The notes: generated from the letters alone by a model not told the origin. DNA of 64,000 nucleotides from an uncultured Mycoplasmatota bacterium (GCA_900549285.1 URNW01000004.1:18969-82968), one strand, 5' to 3'. Counted from the stretch's first letter, positions 47,610 through 57,936 are shown. Numbers and translations are program-made.

Positions 47610-48472
47610 AATTTATTTTCCCATCTTGCATAAATTCCACACGGTAATATTAAATTAGAATCCTTTACTGGTAAGCCTAATTCATCACTACTAATTAGCC
47701 CCTTATATTTATTATTTATTCGTAAATATAAGATATCTTCTAAAACCGTTTTGGATAAACCTGTCGTATAAGAATTAATTAAAAATAAAAGAGGCTCTTT
47801 GCTTAATAGTTCACTTGCATCTTTTATTAAATCATCTAAATCGGTCTCAATATTCCATACTTCACTTTTGGCACCTCTACCAAATGAAGGGGGATCCATT
47901 ATAATGATATCATATTTATTTTCCCTGCGGATTTCCCTTTTTACGAATTTTCTTACATCATCTACTAAAAATCTTACTTGCTTATCTTCTAAGTGATTTA
48001 ACTTTACATTTTCTTTTGCCCAATCAATCATTCCTCTTGAAGAATCTACATGAATTACACTTGCTCCTTCTTTTAGGGCAGCAATTGTAGCAGCTCCTGT
48101 ATATGCAAATAAATTTAATACTTTAATCTCTCTTTTTGATTCTTTTATTTTTTGGCGAATTAGATTCCAATTATAGGCTTGCTCTGGAAACAAACCTGTA
48201 TGTTTAAATCCCATTAATTTTAAATTAAATTTTAAATCTTGATAAGTGATTGTCCAAGATGTAGGAATACTTTTTTTAATGCTCCACTTGCCTCCACCTG
48301 TATTGCTTCGATCATAAATTGCATGAGCTTTACTCCAGTCTTCTTTCTGTTCTTTTTCCCATATCACTTGAGGATCTGGACGATTTAAAATTATCCCATT
48401 CCATGACTCTAATTTTTTTCCTTTATTTAAATCTAAAATTTGATATTCTAAAAAATCTGTTACTAGTTTCAT
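47606..48472 (-). CDS. class I SAM-dependent (RlmI/RlmK-like) methyltransferase
   Basis: 288 aa. VLNLFAYTGAATIAA and IIMDPPSFGRG. Confidence 0.7.
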   Translation of the reverse strand: MKLVTDFLEYQILDLNKGKKLESWNGIILNRPDPQVIWEKEQKEDWSKAHAIYDRSNTGGGKWSIKKSIPTSWTITYQDLKFNLKLMGFKHTGLFPEQAYNWNLIRQKIKESKREIKVLNLFAYTGAATIAALKEGASVIHVDSSRGMIDWAKENVKLNHLEDKQVRFLVDDVRKFVKREIRRENKYDIIIMDPPSFGRGAKSEVWNIETDLDDLIKDASELLSKEPLLFLINSYTTGLSKTVLEDILYLRINNKYKGLISSDELGLPVKDSNLILPCGIYARWENKL

Positions 48473-48993
48473 ACATTCTTCTCCATTAAATACATTGCGA
48501 TAGGATCCACTACATCTAAAAGCCCATTTATGAAGAAAAAGAAGCCAATTATAATTGTTTGAACTGATGGTTCATAATATAAGTTAATGCTAGTTAGTAA
48601 CCCTGATGTTAAGAAAGTAAATAAAATAAATATTCTTAATATCCACATTTTATTTTTTCTGTCATGGTAAAAATCGGCTTTTTTAAGTTTAATTAAACAC
48701 ATTAGTGCCATCCATATTAATAATATTAAGACAATATTTTTAGTGTTTAATTCTACTAAAAATAAACTAATAAGTGCTCCTAAAGATATTAAACAAGTAT
48801 ATAAACTCTCTAAATCTTTTTCTTTTAATATCAAGATAAATTGCAATAATTTAAATAGAGCATAGAACCCAAATATTACTTTTAAAATAAAGCCTAAATC
48901 ATTTATTTTAAATGTTGGTAAAACAAGAATAACTGCCGCTAGTAACATGAGTAATAAGCCTGTAATTAAATCTACTAATTCTTTTTTCTTCAT
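48469..48993 (-). CDS. polytopic membrane protein
   Basis: 174 aa with about 6 TM helices. Its stop overlaps the next gene start by 4 nt. Confidence 0.5.
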   Translation of the reverse strand: MKKKELVDLITGLLLMLLAAVILVLPTFKINDLGFILKVIFGFYALFKLLQFILILKEKDLESLYTCLISLGALISLFLVELNTKNIVLILLIWMALMCLIKLKKADFYHDRKNKMWILRIFILFTFLTSGLLTSINLYYEPSVQTIIIGFFFFINGLLDVVDPIAMYLMEKNV

Positions 48994-49090
48994 AACACAC
49001 CTCTAAGTTATTATAACATAAAGATTAAAATATTTGAACTTGAAAAAAAGAACTATTACTTAAAAAGTTCAATCATTTATAATACTTTAA

Positions 49091-49369
49091 TTATAATAAA
49101 TATTCTTTTAAATCTATACAATACAATTCTAGAGTATGATTTTCTATTTTTAAATGATTTATACCACTTGCATAATAAAATTCTTTTATCTTCTTTTTAT
49201 CAAGTTCATAAATCAGTTCATATTTAGGCTTATATGCACTCGTTACGATTGGTGCAACTCTAAAAAGTATTCTATTAATATCTTGAAATAGAAGCAATCT
49301 TTGATTAGTTATACACATAGCTAAAATAAATTCATTATTATCTGCGTGAACTGTGATATTTTCTAACAT
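49091..49369 (-). CDS. hypothetical small protein (possibly bacterial PH-like)
   Basis: 92-aa ORF. A TTGAAA-N17-TATGAT promoter-like sequence lies upstream. Confidence 0.35.
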   Translation of the reverse strand: MLENITVHADNNEFILAMCITNQRLLLFQDINRILFRVAPIVTSAYKPKYELIYELDKKKIKEFYYASGINHLKIENHTLELYCIDLKEYLL

Positions 49370-49537
49370 AATTAGTATTTCCTCATTAGGTTGTAAATTA
49401 ATAATTTCTAGATTTATAATGTTACATCAACTCCTCAATCTAAAGTTTAAATAACATACTGTATTGATAGTTTAATCATACCATATCTTTTATATCCTTT
49501 CAAGTTAGCAATAAATATTTTTTATAAATTAGGATTT

Positions 49538-49568
49538 AAAAAATTCAGATTAATTTTCTGAATTTTTT
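49538..49568 (-). terminator. terminator of the ABC exporter operon
   Basis: AATTCAGA-N7-TCTGAATT flanked by A and T runs, abutting the stop codon. Confidence 0.65.
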
Positions 49569-51371
49569 TTATGAAACTTTTTCAAACTGAGAATTATATA
49601 TCTTAGCATAAAAACCATTTTTAGCGAGTAATTCTTCATGATGTCCAACCTCTACTATATCTCCTTCATTCATAACCAATATTAAATCAGCATTTCTAAT
49701 AGTGGATAATCTATGAGCAATAATAAATGAGGTTCTTCCTTCCATTACTTTATCCATAGCTTGACTGATTAACTCTTCAGTACGAGTATCAACATTGCTT
49801 GTCGCTTCATCTAAAATTAAAATTTTGGGATTGGCTAGTATTGCTCTAGCAATTGTTAGTAATTGTTTTTGCCCTCCACTTATATTGCTTGTTTCTTCAT
49901 TTATAATAGAATTATAACCTTCTGGTAATGTTCTAATAAAAAAGTCCGCACTAGCCGTTTTAGCTGCATCTATTACTTCTTTATCAGAAGCGTTTAAATT
50001 TCCATAACGTAAATTGTCCAAAATTGTGCCATTAAATAGCCACGTATCTTGAAGTACCATGGCAAACGCACTTTCATATTCACTACGTTTATAATCTTTA
50101 ATATTCACACCATCTAAAAGAATTTCTCCACCATTTAATTCATAAAAACGCATTAATAATTTAACTACGGTGGTTTTTCCTGCTCCTGTTGGTCCAACTA
50201 TGGCAATCTTCTCTCCACTTTTTACTAAAGCATTAAAATCTTTAATAATCATTTTATCTTTAGTATAACCAAATTTTACATGTTTAAATTCAATATTTCC
50301 TTTAACTTTTTCACATGAAATTGTTCCTTCATCAACATATTCTTCTTGTTCTAAAAATGTAAATACTCTTTCACTAGCGGCGATCATACTTTGAATTAAA
50401 TTAGAAATCTGAGCAAGACTAGCAATTGGATTAGTAAAATTACGTGAATATTGGATAAAACTTTGAATGTTACCAATTGTAATCTTACCATTTATAGCAA
50501 AAATAGCTCCTAATATGGCAATGATTGTATAATTTAGATTAGCAACAAAATTCATGATGGGATGCATTAGTCCAGATAAAAACTGTGCTTTAAATCCAGC
50601 AACACACAATTTTTCGTTATCTTGATTAAAATTTTGCATAGATTTTTCTTCTGCATTAAAAGCTTTTATTACGGTATGCCCACTAATGATTTCTTCTACT
50701 TCTCCATCTACACTTCCTAAATAGTTTTGTTGATTCATAAAGTATTTTTGGCTCTTACTTACAATAATCATTACAATTATACCTGCTATTGGTAAAATTA
50801 AAGCTGTAATAATTGCTAATGTAAAATTAATGGTACACATCATAACAAAGATACCTATAAGTGTTACTATAGATGATATTAATTGTGTAGCTGATTGATT
50901 TAAATTTAACTGTAATGTATCAATATCATTTGTAATAATAGATAAAATATCACCTGTATTTTGTTTATCATAATAATTCATTGGCATCTTATTTAATTTA
51001 TGAGATATTCTTTTTCTTAATTTATAGCTTGCTCTTTGGGCTACATGAGTCATAATTAAATTTTGAATATAATTAAATAAAGCACTTATTATATAAAGTA
51101 TTGCTAAACATATTAGGATAGATTTTATTGCATTAAAATTAATAGTTCCTGTACCATTTATTTTGGCAATAATACCATTATATATTTTTGTTGTAGCATT
51201 TCCTAATATCTTTGGGGATATAATAGCAAATATTGTACTTCCTATTGCAAATAAGAAAGCTATGATGATTAGAATTTTATATTCTGATATAATTTTTAAA
51301 AACTTTTTTAATGTTCCTTTAAAGTCCGTTGCCTTATCAACAGCTTTAGGTCCTCCCATTTTTCCTGCCAT
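49569..51371 (-). CDS. ABC exporter, fused permease/ATPase half-transporter
   Basis: 600 aa. Six TM helices, then GPTGAGKTT, SGGQKQLLTIARA and ILILDEATS. Confidence 0.9.
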   Translation of the reverse strand: MAGKMGGPKAVDKATDFKGTLKKFLKIISEYKILIIIAFLFAIGSTIFAIISPKILGNATTKIYNGIIAKINGTGTINFNAIKSILICLAILYIISALFNYIQNLIMTHVAQRASYKLRKRISHKLNKMPMNYYDKQNTGDILSIITNDIDTLQLNLNQSATQLISSIVTLIGIFVMMCTINFTLAIITALILPIAGIIVMIIVSKSQKYFMNQQNYLGSVDGEVEEIISGHTVIKAFNAEEKSMQNFNQDNEKLCVAGFKAQFLSGLMHPIMNFVANLNYTIIAILGAIFAINGKITIGNIQSFIQYSRNFTNPIASLAQISNLIQSMIAASERVFTFLEQEEYVDEGTISCEKVKGNIEFKHVKFGYTKDKMIIKDFNALVKSGEKIAIVGPTGAGKTTVVKLLMRFYELNGGEILLDGVNIKDYKRSEYESAFAMVLQDTWLFNGTILDNLRYGNLNASDKEVIDAAKTASADFFIRTLPEGYNSIINEETSNISGGQKQLLTIARAILANPKILILDEATSNVDTRTEELISQAMDKVMEGRTSFIIAHRLSTIRNADLILVMNEGDIVEVGHHEELLAKNGFYAKIYNSQFEKVS

Positions 51372-53590
51372 TAAAGTTCCTCCTCCTTTAATTGCGATAA
51401 AGCAATTTCTTTATATATTTTACAAGATTTTAAAAGCTCTTTATGCGTACCACTTCCCACTATTTCGCCTTCATTTAAAACAATAATATTATCAGCATTC
51501 ATAATTGTACTAATTCTTTGAGCCACAATTAATACGGTTGCATCTTTAGCATGTTTAAATAAAGCTTTTCTTAGGGCTGCATCTGTTTTAAAATCAAGGG
51601 CACTAAAAGAATCATCAAAAATATATATTTCAGGATTCTTGGCTATGGCTCTAGCTATAGATAAACGTTGTTTTTGCCCTCCGCTGACATTTGTTCCACC
51701 TTGGGAAATTTCACTTTCAAATTTATCTTTTTTCGCATCAATGAATTCTAGAGATTGACTTACTTTAGCAGCATTTAACATTTCTTCTTCGGTTAAATTA
51801 TCATTTCCTAGCATTAGATTTGATTTTATTGTACCACTAAATAACATTCCCTTTTGAGGTACATAGCCAATTCGATTTCTTAGTTCAACTATAGATGATT
51901 CTTTAATGTTGATTCCATCAACATATATTTCACCACTTGTAGCATCAAAAAATCTTGGTATTAGATTCACTAAAGTAGATTTCCCTGATCCTGTCGAACC
52001 AATAAAAGCCGTTGTTGTTCCTGGTGTGGCTTTAAAGCTTATATTCTTTAGCATAGCTTCATCAGCATCTGAATATTTAAAACTTACATTTTTAAATTCT
52101 ACTATACCCTTTTTTTCTTCTTTAAATGCTAAAGGATTCTCTGGTTCAACAATAGAAATCTCCTTTTTTAGAATTTCTCTAATTCTTTTTAGTGATACTA
52201 AAGCTCTTGGCATCATAACTGAAACTAAAGATATCATTAAAAATGACATAATTATTTGCATAGTATAAGTGATAAATGCTAAAAGTGTACCGACTTGAAG
52301 AGTTCCTAAATCAATTTGCTCTGCTCCATACCAAACAATTAAAATACTTATAATATTCATAACAAGCATCATGCTTGGCATCATAATTCCCATTAAACGA
52401 TTTACAAATAGGTTGGTTTTAGTTAATTTGATATTAGCTTTATCAAATCTTTCTTCTTCATATTTTTCTGTTCCAAATGTTCTTATAACTGGCATACCTG
52501 TGATGATTTCTCTAGATACTAAATTCATCTTATCTATTAGTTTTTGCATACTTTTAAACTTTGGCATTGCAAAACCAAATAAAATACCAATTAAAACAAA
52601 AATCAAAATTAAAGCAATTCCAATAATCCAATTTAAAGGATTATCACTTACTTTAATGAATGCTCCAACTCCCATAATAGGAGCAAAAACTACAATTCTA
52701 AGTAACATGATAAAAAACATTTTTATTTGTTCAATGTCATTTGTTGCTCTTGTAATTAAACTGGATGCTCCAAATTCTTTAAATTCAACAGAAGAAAAAG
52801 CCATGATTTTTTTTACAACTTTATTTCTTAAAACATAGCCAATTTTAGAGGCTAATTTGGCAACTAAGAAGCCAACAATAACTGCAATCACCATTCCTAT
52901 TCCTGCAATAGAAAGCATGGTTAATCCTTTATTTATAATATAATTTATTTGATATTGATTCATATCCATACCAATTTCATTGTAAATACTTTTAATTCCA
53001 GAAATAGCATATTGATCTAATACCATATTATCCATACTCTTTATAGATTGCTCAATAGAACTTATTACAGTATTAAAAGTTTCTTCATCTAATTTTAATA
53101 CTTCATCTAAAAGTGTACTTCCCTCTGGTATTTGTAAATTTAAACTTTTAGCGATATTTTCATTATTCGTATAAAGCATGGTTGTAATTAGTAATGGTAC
53201 TTTAATTTCTTCTTCAACTATTTTTCTTTCTTCTTCTGTTAAATCATTTAATAAATACAGATCTTCTTCTTTTATTAACGGATATTGCTTTCCAAGCTCT
53301 TCTAAATCTTGATTACTTAAATTTTCACTTACAAAAAGATCATAACTTGCCATTATAGCTGATGATTCTTTACTAATTTTAGCAATCCCGTTAAACATTT
53401 TGGTTGTAAGTACCTCTGGAAGAGTATTATCAATTCCTCCTTGTTGAATTCCATTATTAATAATATCGGACGTATAACTAGGTAATTCAAGATCACATAG
53501 TGCTTGAACTACTAATAAGGCTATAACCGCAATTATTGGAATTATAAATGTTAAAAATATGTTTTGTTTTTTCAAAAAAAATCCCTCCAA
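51371..53590 (-). CDS. ABC exporter half-transporter with ~190-aa extracytoplasmic insert after TM1
   Basis: 739 aa. GSTGSGKST, SGGQKQRLSIARA and IYIFDDSFS. A long polar segment lies between TM1 and TM2. It is coupled (1-nt overlap) to 49569-51371, consistent with a heterodimeric pair. Confidence 0.88.
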   Translation of the reverse strand: MEGFFLKKQNIFLTFIIPIIAVIALLVVQALCDLELPSYTSDIINNGIQQGGIDNTLPEVLTTKMFNGIAKISKESSAIMASYDLFVSENLSNQDLEELGKQYPLIKEEDLYLLNDLTEEERKIVEEEIKVPLLITTMLYTNNENIAKSLNLQIPEGSTLLDEVLKLDEETFNTVISSIEQSIKSMDNMVLDQYAISGIKSIYNEIGMDMNQYQINYIINKGLTMLSIAGIGMVIAVIVGFLVAKLASKIGYVLRNKVVKKIMAFSSVEFKEFGASSLITRATNDIEQIKMFFIMLLRIVVFAPIMGVGAFIKVSDNPLNWIIGIALILIFVLIGILFGFAMPKFKSMQKLIDKMNLVSREIITGMPVIRTFGTEKYEEERFDKANIKLTKTNLFVNRLMGIMMPSMMLVMNIISILIVWYGAEQIDLGTLQVGTLLAFITYTMQIIMSFLMISLVSVMMPRALVSLKRIREILKKEISIVEPENPLAFKEEKKGIVEFKNVSFKYSDADEAMLKNISFKATPGTTTAFIGSTGSGKSTLVNLIPRFFDATSGEIYVDGINIKESSIVELRNRIGYVPQKGMLFSGTIKSNLMLGNDNLTEEEMLNAAKVSQSLEFIDAKKDKFESEISQGGTNVSGGQKQRLSIARAIAKNPEIYIFDDSFSALDFKTDAALRKALFKHAKDATVLIVAQRISTIMNADNIIVLNEGEIVGSGTHKELLKSCKIYKEIALSQLKEEEL

Positions 53591-53698
53591 TATATTTTAT
53601 TTGTGGTATGTCTAATTATATCATTAATTCATTTAATTGTTAATTAAAAATTAGTTTTATCTTCGTTTAATATATGTTAAAATTAAAGTGGTGATAAT

Positions 53699-54019
53699 AT
53701 GAAAGATTATATTGATCAATATATTTTAGAACTAGAAAAAAAATTAGATCGTAAAGAGCTTGATAAAACTTTATTAGATGAGGTTTTAATTAAAATTGAT
53801 TTCTTTAATAAAGAAAGAATCATTCACCTTCTTATTACTCTATTTTATGCTTTATTTGCTATTTTATTTATTTGTCATATTAAAGAATCTATCATTTATT
53901 TAATTTTTGCTTTCTTTATGATTTGCTTTTTAATTCCTTATATTATTCATTATTTTCGTTTAGAAGCTCGAGTACAATATCTTTATAAACTTTATGATAA
54001 AATAAAAATTCAGATTTAA
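53699..54019 (+). CDS. small membrane protein
   Basis: 106 aa with two TM helices. Confidence 0.4.
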   Translation: MKDYIDQYILELEKKLDRKELDKTLLDEVLIKIDFFNKERIIHLLITLFYALFAILFICHIKESIIYLIFAFFMICFLIPYIIHYFRLEARVQYLYKLYDKIKIQI

Positions 54020-54045
54020 TCTCTGAATTTTCTTTTACTGCTATA

Positions 54046-54318
54046 TTAGTTTAAAGCATCTTTTAATTTGCTTCCAGCCTTGAATGAAGCTACAGTCTTA
54101 GCAGGAATTTTAATTGCTTCTTTAGTTAAAGGATTAATTCCTTCACGTGCAGCACGTTTTTTAGCACTAAATGTTCCAAAACCAACTAAAGTTACTTTTC
54201 CTTCTTTCTTTAGTCCTGTTTGGATTCCCTCTAATAAAGCATCTAATACGCGTCCTACTTCAGCTTTTGATACTTCAGCTTTAGCAGCAGCAAATTCTAC
54301 TAATTCAGTTCTTGACAT
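54046..54318 (-). CDS. hup: HU family DNA-binding protein
   Basis: 90 aa. MSRTELVEFAA...LVGFGTFSAKKRAAREGINPLTKEAIKIPA. Confidence 0.95.
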   Translation of the reverse strand: MSRTELVEFAAAKAEVSKAEVGRVLDALLEGIQTGLKKEGKVTLVGFGTFSAKKRAAREGINPLTKEAIKIPAKTVASFKAGSKLKDALN

Positions 54319-54492
54319 TAATACTTACCTCCCAACTCAAAAACTAAAATTTATAAGGTCTTTACCTTACATAATAACATTATCAAAAAAAGCCCCTAAA
54401 ATCAAGGCTTTTTTTACTTTTTTCTCTAGATTTTTTCTTTAAAAAAACGATTTTACTCAAGTTTGACAAAATAAAAACCTAAAATTAGATTT

Positions 54493-55383
54493 TTATTCGC
54501 TCTTTCTTGCTGGTAAATCTATCTTTTTAGGTAATTCTATTTTTTCTTTTGGTACTTCTCTTATTGGTTCCCTTACATAAACAGAACTAAATGTCTCTGG
54601 TTTCTTTACAGGGCTTTTTTCTGTTATTTCATTTATTGGGGTTACTGTAATCTCTTCATATTTTTTACTATCTTTTTCTAGTTCATCTAGTTCTTTGGAA
54701 ATTGATTTTGCTAAAGCATCAAAATCAATATTTGGTACTTTTATTTTTTCTGTTTCTAATTTCTTTGTTGGATTATAATACGTATTAATAACAGGCTCTT
54801 CATTAATTTGTAATTTAGGAGTTTCCTCATTAATTATTGGTTTTATTACAGGCTCTACTACATTATGAACTGGGCTATCATTAATCGGTATTTTAGGTTG
54901 ATCTAATTCTACTTTTTCTACCTCACTATGAACTGGCTCTTCTTTTATTATTGGAACTGGTTCTATTTTTGGGGTATTTATTACTGGCTCTTCAATTCTT
55001 AAATTTTCTACAAATTCATTTTCATTGTTATCATGTTGATTTAAATCATTTGATTCATTTACAGGTGGAACTGGCATAACTGGAGTAATAGGTTCGATTG
55101 GTGTTACCACATTTGGTTCTATTCCTGTTTTTACTGGTTCAACATCTAAGTTTATAGGAGCTACTGGCTCTGGATTTATAGGTATTTCTACTGGTGTAGA
55201 CTTGCTAGTTTCCTTAAATGTATCATTTGCTTCTAATTTTTGCGTTTCTTCTAACTTTCTTTTCTTTTCATCTTTTTTACCAAAAAATAAGACAATTAAA
55301 AACGCTACTACTAAAAATGCAATAACTGCAAATAAACCAATACCAAAATAATTACTACTATATAATTTATCAAGGAAATTCAT
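54493..55383 (-). CDS. membrane-anchored Pro/Glu/Val-rich repeat protein
   Basis: I prefer ATG 55383 (SD AAGGTGG) over the track TTG at 55440. One TM is followed by KKDEKKRK and then degenerate EPV/PI repeats. Confidence 0.5.
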   Translation of the reverse strand: MNFLDKLYSSNYFGIGLFAVIAFLVVAFLIVLFFGKKDEKKRKLEETQKLEANDTFKETSKSTPVEIPINPEPVAPINLDVEPVKTGIEPNVVTPIEPITPVMPVPPVNESNDLNQHDNNENEFVENLRIEEPVINTPKIEPVPIIKEEPVHSEVEKVELDQPKIPINDSPVHNVVEPVIKPIINEETPKLQINEEPVINTYYNPTKKLETEKIKVPNIDFDALAKSISKELDELEKDSKKYEEITVTPINEITEKSPVKKPETFSSVYVREPIREVPKEKIELPKKIDLPARKSE

Positions 55384-55522
55384 CCCGACACCACCTTTTA
55401 TTCTACTTATTAGTCTATCATATCTATATGCGAAAATCAAGAAAAAATGTAAAGTTTTTTGCTTTACATAACTTTACATTTTAAAATTAATTCTATTTTC
55501 TTTTAGTAACTTTAATTAATAT

Positions 55523-56872
55523 TTAAATTTCATATGGTGTTGAGGAAGTGCCATTTCCACTTTTTATTGTTACATCACTAGCTATATTAATGACTGGGCG
55601 AATGCCAAAATTACTATTTACCCAATAGGTTGCATGGTTACCAAAAAGCCATCCAGATACATTTACTGAAAATACACTAGCACTTCCATTATTAAATTGA
55701 TATGGAGATAATGTCCAATAAGATTGCTGGGTATATAGATAATAGTTTTTATTATTTTCTCCTACCATTCCACCAGCTAAAGCAACCTCATCAGCAGTAA
55801 TTAGTCCAATTGGATATTTTAATGATTTATTACCATTATTACTATTAATTATTGTATATAAATCATCTCTTTGATTGCAGACGATATTTGGAGAAGCATT
55901 ACTATTATTTTGTCCATTATATAATTTGATATATGCCCCATAATATGTTATAGTTTTCCCGTTTCCACCACTAGATATTGTTCCTGTATTGTCTTTATAT
56001 GCAGTTCTATCTGCACAGAAGCCTGCTTCTGTATTAATGTACTCTTCATAACCTTTTAAATTTGTCTCATACCAATTATCCAATACTTGCTTAATTGTAC
56101 TATCATTGATATTTGCGTGGGTTTCTTCATAACTACTACTTCCAGTTTTTCCATACATATATCCGACATAAGCATTATCATTATATAAATTGTTAAATGC
56201 ACTCGTCCCTATTTGTGTACTTTCACCTGTTATTGCTGGTCCACTTTCTTCATTTCCTGAATAGATTAGTCTTATACTTCCATCACCATTAATTCTGATG
56301 ATTCGCCAATAGAATCCTGCAAATTTTACCCAGTTATTGGTTACTGCCCCTCTAAAATAGTAACTTTCTCCCCAGTCATCCTCTGTTTTATATACTCCTT
56401 CATTCGTTGTTGCTACCTGACTAAAATCTGGTGTTCCACTTTTAATTTGATTGTCTCTTTTGATGGCATCTGCTAATAATATTTTTTGCTCATCAAAATA
56501 CAAGTAACATTTTGTTCCTTTCGTAGTCAGAGGTCTTATAGTTAAATTTTTAGTATTCATATCATAAGTGATCGTTATATCTTGTTTTTCTTCCCCTATT
56601 TTGCAATAGCTTTCCTCTTCATTTAGAGTATATCCTGAATCTGGTATTTGATCTGTCTTTGTGTAACTACTACCATCTTCAATATATACACCAATTAAAT
56701 TTGAAGCTGATAGTTCATAGTTGATTATTCCATTTACTAGTGGGATAGATTCTGTATTTTTAAACTTTGCTTTAGTAAACGTAAGTATTATGGTACTAAT
56801 TATTGATACTAATACTACAGCTATTACAATATTTCTTTTTAAATGACTTTTCTTTAAAGTTTCTATTTCCAT
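55523..56872 (-). CDS. N-terminally anchored surface protein, paralogous in its first domain to the GLUG-repeat gene
   Basis: 449 aa. NLIGVYIEDGSSYTKTDQIPDSGYTLNEEESYCKIGEEKQDITITYDMNTKNLTIRPL...TKCYLYF matches NLIGMYVEEGNEYTKTDTIPNAGYIFNSEKSYCKKGNEKLDVTINYNVNTKELSVTPV...TKCYLYF of 37997-38938. The C-terminal domain contains FYWRIIRINGDGSIRLIY...GIRPVINI. Confidence 0.6.
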   Translation of the reverse strand: MEIETLKKSHLKRNIVIAVVLVSIISTIILTFTKAKFKNTESIPLVNGIINYELSASNLIGVYIEDGSSYTKTDQIPDSGYTLNEEESYCKIGEEKQDITITYDMNTKNLTIRPLTTKGTKCYLYFDEQKILLADAIKRDNQIKSGTPDFSQVATTNEGVYKTEDDWGESYYFRGAVTNNWVKFAGFYWRIIRINGDGSIRLIYSGNEESGPAITGESTQIGTSAFNNLYNDNAYVGYMYGKTGSSSYEETHANINDSTIKQVLDNWYETNLKGYEEYINTEAGFCADRTAYKDNTGTISSGGNGKTITYYGAYIKLYNGQNNSNASPNIVCNQRDDLYTIINSNNGNKSLKYPIGLITADEVALAGGMVGENNKNYYLYTQQSYWTLSPYQFNNGSASVFSVNVSGWLFGNHATYWVNSNFGIRPVINIASDVTIKSGNGTSSTPYEI

Positions 56873-57067
56873 ATTATTACTCCTAACATGATGCTAGGCT
56901 TCATTTTAAAATACATTAAGATAATCTATCATATATCTATGATAACTTTCCTAGCTTATAGTTAAATTATAAATATAGCTAGATTAAAAGTCAAGAAAAA
57001 TATCGGCATATTAGCCAATAAATATTTTTTCTAATTGATAAATGCGACAATTAAAGCGGTGAATAAT

Positions 57068-57523
57068 ATGAATTATAGTAACAAATTAAGATCAATTAGA
57101 ACCTCTGAACTTTTAAGTCAAGAACAGGTTGCAGAATATTTAAATATAAATAGAAGTACATATAAAGAATATGAATTACAAAATAGTATCATTCCTTCTA
57201 AATATCTAGGAAAACTAAGTAATATTTTAAATGTATCAATTGACTATATATTTAATTTTACTGAAATCAAAAGATATCATGATAATAGCAATAATATCAA
57301 CAAAGAAAAGTCTGGCTCAAGACTCAAAGAAATTAGAAAGGAAAATAAGCTTACTCAAACTAAACTTGCTACCATACTTAATACTACTCAATCAGTTATT
57401 GCTGATTATGAAAAAGGGAGATATTTAATTGCTACACCTTTTCTTTATACCATATGTAAAAAATATCATATTTCTGCTGATTATCTATTAGGAAAAACAG
57501 ATGAGCCAAAATATTTAAAATAA
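57068..57523 (+). CDS. transcriptional regulator with two tandem XRE-type HTH domains
   Basis: LRSIRTSELLSQEQVAEYLNINRSTYKEYE and LKEIRKENKLTQTKLATILNTTQSVIADYE. I prefer ATG 57068 over the track start 57035. Confidence 0.8.
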   Translation: MNYSNKLRSIRTSELLSQEQVAEYLNINRSTYKEYELQNSIIPSKYLGKLSNILNVSIDYIFNFTEIKRYHDNSNNINKEKSGSRLKEIRKENKLTQTKLATILNTTQSVIADYEKGRYLIATPFLYTICKKYHISADYLLGKTDEPKYLK

Positions 57524-57683
57524 TTTTTTATTTTAGTTGTAGTTTATATGAAAAAAACACTAACCTCAAGGATAGTGTCCATTAATAAAATAATCATCAT
57601 CCATTCAGCAAAAAGCACTTATGGATTTAATATAATTCTGATACTTTTTTTCATACTATATTTTTTTTGAATAAATGCTAGTA

Positions 57684-57893
57684 TTACATAAATTTATTCA
57701 TTTCTCTCATCACTTGATTTACTTGTTTTTTACTTGGTTTTCTTCCCATACTTGACATCATTACTTCGATCATTTTTTCATTGATTGGAGGATTTTTCTT
57801 TAAATATTTTTGCATAAAATATTTAGCTAAAAAGAAGCCAATTAGTAAACCAACAATTAAGCCTATTACACACCATAAAATCTGTGCCCACAT
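57684..57893 (-). CDS. yneF: YneF/UPF0154 family membrane protein
   Basis: 69 aa. One TM followed by [29 protein letters not shown]. Confidence 0.8.
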   Translation of the reverse strand: MWAQILWCVIGLIVGLLIGFFLAKYFMQKYLKKNPPINEKMIEVMMSSMGRKPSKKQVNQVMREMNKFM

Positions 57894-57936
57894 AAATATT
57901 TCACCTCATTCATATTTTACTATAAAACAATTCTTT

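Noticed and set aside
49422-49436. GAGGAG-TTG-ATG-TAA: a strong SD followed by a start-stop mini-ORF upstream of the 92-aa gene. This raised the idea of a non-ATG (ATT/ATA) start or start-stop regulation.
   Set aside because: The annotated ATG at 49369 has its own GAGGAA SD at acceptable spacing, so the simpler reading suffices. The upstream element may be coincidental.
57548-57670. A 40-codon plus-strand ORF (MKKTLTSRIVSINKIIIIHSAKSTYGFNIILILFFILYFF) in the convergent spacer after the HTH regulator.
   Set aside because: It has no SD and no promoter I could see, and its composition is what random AT-rich DNA gives. It is not supportable without expression or conservation data.
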